Part shown: in pieces, positions 52,328 through 64,000 of the stretch
Numbering within the stretch: the stretch's first letter is position 1
Layout: each line of letters begins with the position of its first letter
From: Eledone cirrhosa
Taxonomy: Eukaryota
Assembly (NCBI GenBank): GCA_964016885.1
Contig: OZ024744.1
Span: forward strand, 104,346,001-104,410,000
Length of the DNA: 64,000 nucleotides
Direction: 5' to 3'
Notes under the pieces: generated by a model
What the model was told of the DNA's origin: nothing
The model's input: only the letters and a program-made list of their open reading frames with translations
Database searches by the model: none
Program-made: the position numbers and the translations under genes

Positions 52328-54350
52328 TCCCCCATGTTTACAACGAATTATTTACAATGATGTCCCACATGTTTATAACGTATTATTTACAGCGGCAGTA
52401 TCGGTAGAGGGTCGGACGCCATGCTTTCCAGCATAGTTACGTCCCTTTACGATCTGAGTTCAAATCCCGCCGAGGTTGACTTTGCCTTTCATACGTTACG
52501 GGGTCGATAAAATAAAGTACCAGTAATGCACTGGGTGATTGCTGGCCTTGTGCCTAAAGTAGAAACAATTATTTACAGTGATGACCACATGTTTATAATG
52601 AATTATTTACAGCGATGACCACGTTTATAACGAATTATTTAAGCGATGACCACATGTTTATAACGAATTATTTACAATCAAATGACGTCTAAATGTTTAT
52701 AACGAATTATTTACAGTTAAGTGACCCACATGTTTATAAAGATTAAGAATGACGTCCCACATGTTTATAACGAATTATTTACAGCGATGACCACATGTTT
52801 ATAACGAATTATTTAGTGACGTCCACATGTTTATCCTTACGGGGTCGATAAAATAAAGTACCAGTAATGCACTGGGTATTTGCTGGCCTTGTGTCAAAAG
52901 TAGAAACAATTATTTACAGTGACGTCCACATGATTATAACGAATTATTTATGACGTCCCACATGTTTATAACGAATTATTTAGTGATGACCACATGTCTA
53001 TAACGAATTATTTACAGCGATGACCACATGTTTATAATGAATTATTTACAGCGATGACCACATGTTTATAACGAATTATTTACAGCGATGACCACATGTT
53101 TATAACGAATTATTTACATTGACGTCCACATGTTTATAACTAATTATTTACAGTGACGTCCACATGTTTATAACGAATTATTTACAGTGACGTCCACATG
53201 TTGATAACGAATTATTTAGTGACGTCCACATGTTTATAACGAATTATTTAGTGACGTCCACATGTTTATAACGAATTATTTAGTGACGTCCACATGTTTA
53301 TAACGAATTATTTACAGCGATGACCACATGTTTATAATGAATTATTTAGTGACGTCCACATGTTTATAACGAATTATTTACAGCGATGACCACATGTTTA
53401 TAACGAATTATTTAGTGCTGACCACATGTTTATAATTAATTATTTACAGCGATGACCACATGTTTATACGAATTATTTACAGTGACGTCCACATGTTTAT
53501 AACAAATTATTTAGTGACGTCCACATGTTTATAACGAATTATTTAGTGACGTCCACATGTTTATAACGAATTATTTACAGCGATGACCACATGTTTATAA
53601 TGAATTATTTAGTGACGTCCACATGTTTATAACGAATTATTTACAGCGATGACCACATGTTTATAACGAATTATTTAGTGCTGACCACATGTTTATAATT
53701 AATTATTTACAGCGATGACCACATGTTTATACGAATTATTTACAGTGACGTCCACATGTTTATAACAAATTATTTAGTGACGTCCACATGTTTATAACGA
53801 ATTATTTAGTGACGTCCACATGTTTATAACGAATTATTTACAGCGATGACCACATGTTTATAATGAATTATTTAGTGACGTCCACATGTTTATAACGAAT
53901 TATTTACAGCGATAACCACATGTTTATAACGAATTATTTACAGTGCTGACCACATGTTTATAATGAATTATTTACAGCGATGACCACATGTTTATAATGA
54001 ATTATTTACAGTGACGTCCACATGTTTATAACAAATTATTTAGTGACGTCCACATGTTTATAACGAATTATTTAGTGACGTCCACATGTTTATAACGAAT
54101 TATTTACAGCGATGACCACATGTTTATAATGAATTATTTACAGTGACGTCCACATGTTTATAACGAATTATTTACAGCGATGACCACATGTTTATAACGA
54201 ATTATTTACAGTGCTGACCACATGTTTATAACGAATTATTTACAGTGCTGACCACATGTTTATAATGAATTATTTACAGCGATGACCACATGATTATGCG
54301 AATTATTTACAGCGATGACCACATGTTTATAACGAATTATTTACAGCGAA
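52327..54350. repeat. Minisatellite F, 32-35-bp unit GACGTCCACATGTTTATAACGAATTATTTA(CA)GT (also 50935-51006), with family 1 SINEs at 52393-52570 and 52833-52910
   Basis: Direct tandem array. Confidence 0.95.
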
Positions 54351-56186
54351 ATGAATGAAGTCTGGATTTTCAAATCAATTCAGAAAATTATGTACAAACA
54401 TTTCAACATCGATTAAAAATAAAAACATTATAAAAACATTATAAATATATTTAATGCTTAGTCTTTTGTAAGAGAGTATGTGCGTAATTATGGAGATGTA
54501 GTGTAAAAATACTTGACACAATAATGTAGGACTGGGAAAGATTTTAATTCTTAACTCTGAGTAGAATTAGAGAGAAGTAGATATCATAGAATTTATCTAA
54601 ACCTTACAAAAAAAAAAAAACTGCCCTTCCTAATATCTATCTAATCTACCTGTGGTGTTAAAAAGAGATAATAGCATGAAAAGTCGATCATTAAAGAAAC
54701 TAGGTTTTCTGTTTGGCTAAACACCTTTCCACAAGTGTCACTTTATTACAAGTTGATATTTGACTGTTAATAATGTGTAGATATAATCTGTAATATTTAA
54801 ATGTAGAATTATGTAATTCATAAATCATAATATATTATAATAATGTTTTTCAAATGAATGGATTCAATGAATGAAAGATTGTCTATTTTAGGTAAAATAA
54901 ATAAACAAATAAACATAATTAGATTAAGAAGCATTTCGTGTTTCGTCGAAGTAGCGGAGATATCTCAAATGAACAAATATTCGATTAGTATAGTTTAGGG
55001 GAATAAGTGCGCAGTTCTAAAGAGGTGTTGCACTGCTAGATTAATTAATGCCACAAAACTTCAAACAACCAATATAAATATAAGTTGCAGAATAAGGGAT
55101 AACAGGGGCAAATATAAAAAAAAATAATCAGGAAACGTTATTTAGTTCTATTACTCACAGCATAATAAATATATATATATAACTATATATAAATATATAT
55201 ATTCTAATGAGGATTATTATAGAGTATTGTAAACAATAATTTTCAGACGAGATATATCGATCGATAGGAAGCAGAGCAGATATATGAGTAAGATTCTTGT
55301 GATTTCCTAAAATGCATGAATAAGAATGTATGTAAAAATCTGTATACACCCTTCTAAACCTACATCTTTGGTACAGAATTTTAGACAAGTGATGTGGTGG
55401 GAGATATTATAGTTCAACCAATACAGCTTTATAATAGAGAATAGTAAGACATTCTAGACTGCCAAAGCAAAACATACAACAAACGGTAAACGATGGAATA
55501 AACTAAAATAACAGAATTTATTTAATAAAATATTTAGAGATATATTATTGCGTGAAATTTTGATAGAAGATGTCAAGTAGAAAAAGAGAAAGCTCTGTGA
55601 TGGTGAAGAATTACCAAAAAATGGTTCTAAGTGTCTAGGCACCACCAAAGAACTATGACAACGGAAATATGGTGATAGTAGTGACATATATTTTGGATTA
55701 ATAATAGAAATACGGTGAGAAACATGGTAAACGAAGAATAAATTATGTGGATAATAGTAAATAGTGTTTGTTATTACCTCTAAATAGTTTGGTAGTGATG
55801 GCGAAGCGTACAAATGAAGAACAGCCACAAGCAGCAACACTAGTTGACCCCCTTCCTCTTGCTGACAGCAGTCCCATGCTACACATCACCACCGCAACCA
55901 CCCCCAACTTTTCTACCACTTGACGGGCACCAAAAACCAAGAGCAGATAATTTATCTTGTTTGGCATAAGATTTTTCATTCAATTAGAAAAACTATTCCA
56001 TGATCAAATAACGAGTCAACGAAAGAGGGTCTCTCCACTGTTACTAGACCTGTTAGAAATAGCAGCCAGATTCCCCCTCCTCTCATTCCTGACAATGTAG
56101 TTACAGATTTAAAGCGAAAAAAATTATTGTCACGGTTGAAGCACCTATCAACATAAATCTACCATTTCAAGCATCTGTCTGTCTGA

Positions 56187-56246
<60 letters not shown>

Positions 56247-56412
56247 ATGTATGTATGTATGTATGTATGTATGTATGTATGTATGTATGTATGTATGTAT
56301 GTATGTGTATGTAAGTATGTATGTATATATATGTGTGTATATATATATGTATGTATGTGTGTATGTATTTGGGTATGTATCTATATGTGTGTATGTATGT
56401 ACTTATGTATGT
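56187..56412. repeat. (TG)n/(TATG)n microsatellite
   Basis: Direct. Confidence 0.95.
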
Positions 56413-57180
56413 AAGACAAATCCTAAACATCAACTGACAACAAAGAATACCTGACACACAAATCCTTATAGATGCTGGTTGTACAAGCATTGAATCTACC
56501 ATCATATCCTCTCAAATGTGCTGAGTAGGCCATGTTGTGCGCATGAATGAGGTAAGACTCCCAAAACTATTTTATAGTCAATTGCACACTGGGAAACGCC
56601 ATCAGCACAAACTAAGAAAAATATATAAGGATTGCATAAAAAAACAACCTTAAGGATCTACAGTTTGAAGTTCAGAACTGGGAAGTGCTTTCTTTAAAGA
56701 GGGTTAAATGGAGAGGACATGTGAAGGAAGGCTACAGAATGTTTGAAGAGAAACATCTTGACCATGAAAAACTTAAACGTCAGCTTCGGCCACAGTATGA
56801 ACTTCAATAAGAACATAGGGAGCTGGATTTGTAAGGTGTGCTCTCTAAATCTGGGTACATCACTCATTTAAAATCACATAAAAAGCCAACTGTATGCAGC
56901 TCTATACTAGGTGAGACAACGTGTGTGGTGTGTAAAAAGATCTGCAAATCAATCTCTGGTCTTAAAAGGCATATGAGGGTACATAAGGATGACATCCTAC
57001 AAAGTGACCCAATCAATCCAATAGAAGGAACATCTTTTGCCTGTCACATTTGCTGTAGACCGTGCAAATCTAGAGCTGGACTTAAAAGCTACCTAAGAGG
57101 CCTTGTGCAGACATTTGGAGTTGGTGATGATTAATGGGGGTGCATGGGTAGATGGCAACCATCTGCAAGGATGAAGCAAT
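56413..57180 (+). mobile_element. RTE-BovB-like LINE 3' fragment with tandem C2H2 zinc-finger remnants
   Basis: ILNIN.QQRIPDT, GHVVRM...LPKLFYSQL, then CVVCKKICKSISGLKRHMRVH and CHICCRPCKSRAGLKSYLR. Confidence 0.8.
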
Positions 57181-57304
57181 CACTATGTGTGTGTGTATGT
57201 GTGTGTATGTATGTGAGTATGTATGTATGTATGAATATATATGTGCATGTATGCATGTATATATATATGTATGTGTATGTATGTATATGTGTATGTATGT
57301 ATAT

Positions 57305-57737
57305 CATCATCATCATCATCATCACCGTTTTACGTCCGTTCTTCCACGCTAGCATGGGTTAGACGGGTTGTCCTGTTGTGGGCAGTGTCTGGTCGGCTGA
57401 CCATGCCTTGCTCATACAGGAACTGATTTGGCTTGGTTTCTACAGCTGGATGCCCTTCCTAACACCAACCTCATTTACAGTGAGTGCTGGGTACTTTTTT
57501 CCGTGGCGCCTACACGTCCACTTTACAGTGTGGGCTGGGTGCTTTTTTTCCGTGGCACCTCCACGACCACCTTGCGGTGGGGGGTGTGGGGGCATATTGT
57601 GTATATGCTTCAGCTTGTACCCATGGGAGGTCGGGTACTCTGTATTACTGCGTGACGCCAGAAGTCACGGTCGTGTGTCATTGTCTTTGAGAGGTGTAAT
57701 TGGGTAAGGTCGGCTTTTATCACCTCATCCCAGGTCA
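57305..57737 (-). mobile_element. RTE LINE 3' end with 3' UTR and (GAT)n tail
   Basis: TWDEVIKADL...DRDFWRHAVIQ plus the tail motif. Confidence 0.85.
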
Positions 57738-57774
57738 TATATGTGTGTATATATGTCAGTATGTATGTATGTAT

Positions 57775-58040
57775 GGAGGAGGAACTCAGCAGAATCAACG
57801 GCCATCCAAATAGTACTTTTTTTTCCACCTGGGAGTGAAGGGCCTCCAGTTGTCACAACACCTTTCTGAAAAAAACCCTGCAGCTTCAAGAGCATCCGAT
57901 GATGTTGACCAGTTCTCTTTTTCGGGTAGTGTTTTTGATACTCAGAGAATGGGATTGGTCAATTGCAAGGCCTTTCTCCACTTAAATAAACCTTCAAAGC
58001 ACAGGCATTGCTTGTTCAGAATCTGTTACAGGTTTGTGTG
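57775..58040 (+). mobile_element. Probable RTE 5'-UTR-like fragment
   Basis: Homologous to 47420-47640 (TCAACGGCCATCCAA...GATGTTGAC...GGGATTGG...CACAGGCATTGC). Confidence 0.5.
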
Positions 58041-58290
58041 ACAGGCCATAGCCTAAAAGTGCACCGAACTCTATAATCTGACAAGTGATTGCAGTACTCT
58101 TAGCAAAGTTTGCAGCCATCATGTAGCTATGTTCTGGTATTATAATTTTATAAACAAAGAGAGAGTCGGTTTCTAACATAGATACAAGACTCTCTCATTG
58201 GAATTTACACAACATCAACTAGGTAGATATGTATGTATGTCTGCATGGGTGTGTGTGCAGGTATGGATGTTATTGTATGTGTGGAGGTGT

Positions 58291-58636
58291 CATCATCATC
58301 ATCATCATCATTTCATTTTACGTCCGCTTTTCCCTGCTTGCAAGGGTGGGACAGGAACTGATTCTGGCTTGAGTTCTACAGCTGGATGCCCTTCCTAACA
58401 CCAACCTCATTTACAGTGAGTGCTGGGTGCTTTTTTGCCATGGCACTTCCACGACCACTTTGCAGTGGAATGATAGGAACCCCAGTCCCTATCATCTCAC
58501 TTCTACAGCTGAGTAAACTGGAGCAATGTGAAATAAAGTGTCTTGCTCAAGGAAACAACACATCACCCGGTCTGAGAATTGAACTCACAACATTTCGATT
58601 GCAAGGCCAATGCTCTAACCACTAAGCCATGTGCCT
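58291..58636 (-). mobile_element. Full-length SINE family 2
   Basis: Near-identical to 50364-50690; (GAT)n tail. Confidence 0.9.
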
Positions 58637-58739
58637 ACATGTATGTTTTGAATTATGTGTGCATGTGCATATGCTTTGTATCTGTACATGTGTACATGTG
58701 TGTGTGTGTGCACGCGTGTGTGTGTGTATGTTCTAGTTT

Positions 58740-58945
58740 TTGCAGTATTGGTAGAGTGTTGGACAACATGCATTACAAAATATAGTTACGGCCTTTACAT
58801 TCTGAGTTCAAATCCTGCCAAAGTTAGTGTTGCCTTTCGTCCTTACAGGGTCGATAAAATAAAGTACCAGTATTGCACTGGAGTCAATTTAATTGACTTA
58901 CCCCTCCCTAAAAATTGTGCCTTGTGCCTAAATCGGAAACCAATA
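58740..58945 (+). mobile_element. Diverged SINE family 1 copy
   Basis: GAGTTCAAATCC...GCCTTTCGTCCTTACAGGGTCGATAAAAT. Confidence 0.8.
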
Positions 58946-59138
58946 TTTTATAAACTTTCACCAATAGAGAGAGAGAGTCAGTTTCTAGCATAGACACAAG
59001 ACTCTTTCATTGGAATTTAGACATTTAGATAAATAGGTATGTATGCCTGTATGAGGTTGTGTGTGTGTGGAGTGTGGTGTGTGTGAGTGTGGTGTGTGTG
59101 AGAGTGGTGTGTGTGTGTGTGTGTGTGTGCGTGTGCGC

Positions 59139-59235
<97 letters not shown>

Positions 59236-59369
59236 TATGGATGTTATTGTATATGTGTATCTGTAAATTTTGAGCTATATATGTACATGTACATATGTTT
59301 CTGTATCTATAAATATGTATATGCAGTTGTTACATGCTGAATTTCTGAAATGTTTTACATATTTTTACA

Positions 59370-61120
59370 GTTCCATTAGTGGACTGTACTTGCAACTTCC
59401 TAACTAGTCTTGCCCTTTCTGGTTCTGTTAAGCCCAACATCTCAATATTTGAGGCAGTTAGTAACATATCCCAGAGTCCCAATAATCACAAGTAGAAATC
59501 TAAAGGTATAGTTAGGATGGGGTATCTAGAGATCCTTTATTAGTTTGTCATAAATGTTCTACTTTTGCTAATCTTTAACATTATATTGACATCTGTTGGA
59601 CAGCTAACTTCCACTACTGTTCATGCCTTCTTTTCTCTCTCCCATATCACTATGTCTGGTGTGTTATGCCTGCATTTTATTGGGGTTTTGACTGAAACAT
59701 TCCACCAGTACTCTTTCACATTATGTATATATGCTCCACATCACTCTAACTTTGTATATGTTTATCTTCAAGACTATCCTTTCTACAGATTGCAGTGTAT
59801 AATGTTTTGGCCATTACATCATGCCTCATAGGTAGATAGTACCGTGATGACATCTTTGGACAGCTGCTTATGATGTGGGTGACATCTTTGATGTTTATTC
59901 TGAAAAGTCTGCATCTATTTTCCCTGCATCCCTATCGCTTTTGTCAATCAGGTATTTTGTTATTTCCTGTTCTGGGATTGTAAAGGTATATTCTTCAAAG
60001 TGAGAGCCAATATAGTGGTTGTTGGTCCAAGATAGACTACTTTGTTTATCTATATTACTCTCACTTTAAAGTTTTCTGATAATATAATCATGCATGAGTT
60101 TTTGCTGATAAGGAAGCATCTTTTCCTCCATAGATTCATTACAATATTGTTGTGTATTTTGCCAGGGTATGAATTTTTGGTTATCATGCAGTGAATATTT
60201 CTCAAGGAGCTCCTTCCCAACTCTCATGACGTTATCTGTCTCATTTAGACAGATTTGTTCTATAGATAGTCTTCTACAGTTGATGGTTTATAGATGTTGT
60301 TGGAGGGATATGATGTGACACTCAAATGCTGTCTGGACTGATGTTAGGCCTCACTGTTTATGTTTCAGATAAAAGGGGTTATATTACTGTTGAGGTGGAA
60401 ATTTCCGGAGTTGTTAAGGACTTTTCATCAAAGGCTTAGACCTCATCTAGCATCCAGTCAAGTAGTTCAAATGTTGGTGTTAGCACAGGCACATTGTGGG
60501 CCACTGATTTATTGTGTAGAGAGAGGTCAGATCATATTTTTCTTATTCAGTTGTTATATTCCCTGTTTACTCATTCCTTGTTACAAATTCCATCATAGGA
60601 TATATTTTCATTTAACCCTAAGTATCTGTAGCAGTCCTTGTCAGATATCGGTGAAACAGTCAGGCCATTGGTAGAGATGTTGCTAGATTAGTTTTACAAT
60701 CATATAGGGACATTTATCCTGGCTAAACTCCATTGCTATATCTTTTGAGAACACCATAACCAAGTCAAGGTTTTTCTTCATACCATTTATGTTCTTAGCA
60801 TAAGGTTTGAGGTCATTCACAATGAAGTTATGTGTTAGGTGTGTGTTCCTATCCTCCTGTGAACCAATTATGTAGCCTTCATAATTCTTGAGCCTAAAGG
60901 ACAAGGGGTTTATTGACAGTATAGATAGCATCAAAGAGAGACTGTCTCCTTGAAATATACTCCTGAGATATTCTATTTTATCCATGACAATTTAGTTCAC
61001 TTTCTTTGTATTTAATTTTAGGATAGTAGCCCAAGATAGAAGATAGGTTCTCTGTGGCTCTGATAATGGTATCTAGGATTTTAGCAAGTCAAAGGTCTTC
61101 TAGCAACCTAGAGTGGGGAA
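59370..61120 (-). mobile_element. Decayed R4/Dong-clade non-LTR element (RT, zinc knuckle, restriction-like endonuclease)
   Basis: IFQGDSLS, ..NDLK.YA, YLG, CR...THIISSCP...RHD and PDIVIW motifs with many stops. Confidence 0.75.
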
Positions 61121-61205
61121 CAATGTATGAATGTAGATTCCCAAAAGGGATTGGGAGGTGACCACAGTAAAATAAGGTTGGTAGTGTATGAGCATCTTTA
61201 TTTTA

Positions 61206-61315
61206 TATAGAAATGATTTCTACAGGTCAAGAACTGTTTCATTCGTATGATATCATCATTTCTGATGATTTCATATGAATGAAACAGTTCTAGTTCTCTA
61301 GAAGTCATCTCTATA
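61206..61315. repeat. ~110-bp fold-back palindrome with CTGATGA...GAAAC core
   Basis: 29-bp stem (61230-61258 / 61263-61291) with a 4-nt loop, plus a 17-bp outer stem. Confidence 0.85.
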
Positions 61316-61964
61316 ATATATAATTGGAAATTTAGTAAAATCGAATCTCTGGCGGTTTGCAAGCAAATTCGACCTACTTATATGAAATGATGAGTTAGCA
61401 AAGCACTCGATAAGGTAAGTCCTTAGAGTAATAACATACGTTTAAATAGCTTGACAAATCGAACATTGTGGTAGGCAAAATCTAACACAATAATATACCA
61501 AAGTAACGATAGAACTAACAGGTTGAGAAAAATACACCTGGACAAATCAAACGATTATACGTTTAAAGTGTTTCTTTGAATCCAAAATCTAATATCAGAC
61601 TTATGTGACTGGCAAGCTCGTGGTATTTATGATCGAACAGAGGATTCAGTTTTTCAACAGGTTTTCGTTCTACCCAGAACAGGGGTGATAGGCTAAATGT
61701 TGCTGCTAGATGCAGCGTATCGTATCTATAGCTGTCACGTATTAATTCCAGCAAGGGAAATAACCCCCAGTTTTTGGCAGGTCATTCAAAATGTTAGACA
61801 AAGGAAATATTTTAATTTCCGCTAATCATCATGATAAGCTCTTGACTAGATGTTATAAAACAAACACAAATAATTAACCAATCAACAGAATTGTCTAATT
61901 AAATTAATTAGTTAATTATTAAATCTAGGAGAATAATATAATTGGAAATTTAGTATAATTGGAA

Positions 61965-62120
<156 letters not shown>

Positions 62121-64000
62121 CAGGATGTTGTTGGAGATAAGTGTGTCCGGAATGATGCCGGTGTACTTAGTGTCATGAATGATAAAGAAAGTAGGCCTGG
62201 AAATGTCATTATGAGAGACTGACGAATGTGGAGAATGAATGGGAGAGAGAGAAATTACCTCCAGTAGACCCAACAGAGGGATCAGCTATTGAGATTGACG
62301 AATATAGGGTACAAGAGGGAATTAAGGAAATGAAGAATGGTAAGGCTGCTGGACCATCGGGGATAGTTGCTGAGATGATGAAGGCATCAGGGGATGCAGG
62401 CACTAAACTGGTTGCACGCATCATCAATCAAGCTATATATGGCGGTGTCATACCCAAAGACTGGTGCAGCAGTATTCTCATAAATTGCTACAAAGGTAAA
62501 GGGGATGCTCTGGAGAGGAGCAATTATAGGGGTATAAAACTGATGGATCAGGTTATGAAAGTGGCAGAGAGAATATTAACGCAACTGATTAGAGAAAGGG
62601 TCAAATTAGATGAGATGCAGTTTGGTTTTGTACCTGGGAAAAGTACAACAGATGCCCTCTTCTTAGTGAGGCGATCAAAAGCTGGTATGACCAGATGGGG
62701 CTACAAGACCGGCCCAACCATCTGCGAATGCGGAAAGGAGGACCATATGATGCAGCACTGCCTTGTTTGCCCTCTACTACCCAACCAGTGCAGCTTAAAA
62801 GATCTCGCAGAATTTAATAATAATGCAAAGGACTGTGTAAAGAAATGGGAAACTGTCATATAACCACATGCTTCAAAGATAGGAAAAGAAGAAGTGAGGC
62901 AACTACAAGTGAGGTTCTTAGAGAAGAATAAGCCACTATATTTAGCTTTATGTTGACCTAGAGAAGGCCTTTGATAGGGTGCCCCAATCTGTCATCTGGT
63001 GGTCCCTAAGGAAACTAGATGTAGAGGAATGGCTTATGAGGACAGTGCAAGCTATGTACAGGGGTGCTGTCAGTAAAGTGAGAGTAGGAATGGAGTTTAG
63101 TGAGGAATTCCAGATACAAGTAGGAGTACATCAGGGTTTGTTCTCAGCCCGCTATTGTTCATTATAGTACTTCAAGCCATAACAGAGGAGTTTAAGACTG
63201 GCTGCCCATGGGAACTTCTCTATGCTGACGATCTGGTTCTTACAGCAGAATCAGTAGAGGAGCTAGAGAATAAATTCTGGCTATGGAAACAGCAGTTGGA
63301 ATCAAGAGGACTGAGAGTGAACCTAGCTAAGAAGAGAGCACAATACTCTGATTCCATCAGGGAAATTGCCATGTTTGATATGTAGGAAAGGAAATGGCAT
63401 AAATTCCATAAAATGTACGCAATGCAGATCTTGGGTACACAAGAGATGTAGTGGGATAGTAGGTAAACTAACAGGTAGGGAAAACTATGTATGCAGTAGA
63501 TGTACAGAGAAAGTTGGCAGTAGTAATTGCAGTGATAGACACATTTTTCCAATGCAGGTGGGTTCTATAGAAGTGGTTGATAGCTTCCGGTACCTAGGTG
63601 ATCAGATTAGCAAGGGAGGCGGGTGTTCTGAGGCCATAGTATCTAGAATAAGGACGGGTTGGAAGAAGTTTAGGAAGCTGCTTCCTCTGTTGACAAAGAA
63701 GGGTTTCTCCCTGCATACGAAAGGATGGTTATATGATGCCTGTGTGAGATGTGCGATGCTACATGGTAGTGAGACATGGGCAGAAACTGCAGAAGATATG
63801 CGACGACTGGAGAGAAATGAAGTAAGCATGCTCCTTTGGATGTGCAATGTCAATGTGCGTGAACGACCAGGCATAGATGAGTTGAGAAAGAAACTGGGTA
63901 TAAGATGGATAAGTTGTAGTGTGCAGGAGAGAAGGCTGAGATGGTATGGGCATGTGATGCGCATGGAGGATGATCGCTGGGTAAAGATGTGCCAAGAAAT
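62121..64000 (+). mobile_element. RTE LINE ORF fragment (RT domain), frameshifted, running off the window end
   Basis: KAAGPSGI, NCYKGKGD...YRGIKL, DLEKAFDRV, GVHQG, LLYADDL, FRYLG, GSETW, RLRWYGHV. Confidence 0.95.
62673..62892 (+). mobile_element. Vingi/Ingi-like LINE 3' end nested in the RTE, with 8-bp TSD AGTGAGGC
   Basis: TSD at 62665-62672 and 62893-62900; encodes RWGY...CECG...HCLVCP zinc knuckle; (GAA)n tail. Confidence 0.8.

Noticed and set aside
54350-56160. Unique AT-rich segment with short ORFs
   Set aside because: No recognisable protein motif or convincing exon structure; left uncalled.
56838-57134. Host C2H2 zinc-finger gene
   Set aside because: Contiguous with decayed RTE coding sequence and lacks TGEKP linkers.

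Overview
AT-rich, repeat-dense eukaryotic genomic DNA. The SINE, RTE and (GAT)n-tail repertoire suggests an octopod cephalopod (inference). The only confident host gene is a minus-strand BTBD3/BTBD6 (lute-like) BTB-BACK-PHR gene with two coding exons (21872-22329 and 19581-20610) joined in frame by a GT-AG phase-2 intron, giving about 495 aa. The rest is: (i) a ~2.6-kb tandem macro-duplication built from two minisatellites (1-10530); (ii) at least six other long minisatellites; (iii) many decayed non-LTR elements (RTE subfamilies, a CR1-like fragment, Penelope, R4/Dong, and a Vingi-like 3' end nested in an RTE); (iv) two tRNA-SINE families; (v) piggyBac-type MITEs; (vi) a cluster of Helitrons, one with RepHel remnants, inserted in one AT-rich minisatellite. 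Most short ORFs in the track are repeat artefacts. The best leads are a nested-hairpin element with a pri-miRNA-sized stem upstream of the BTBD gene (28531-28802), a fold-back SINE triplication (25436-25958), a hairpin with a hammerhead-like core (61206-61315), a stop-free mucin-like Thr/Val/Ala/Pro repeat (36271-37785) and direct SINE-LINE tail sharing. No CRISPR or prokaryotic system is supported. Repeat boundaries are approximate, and family names come from recalled motifs, not from searches.
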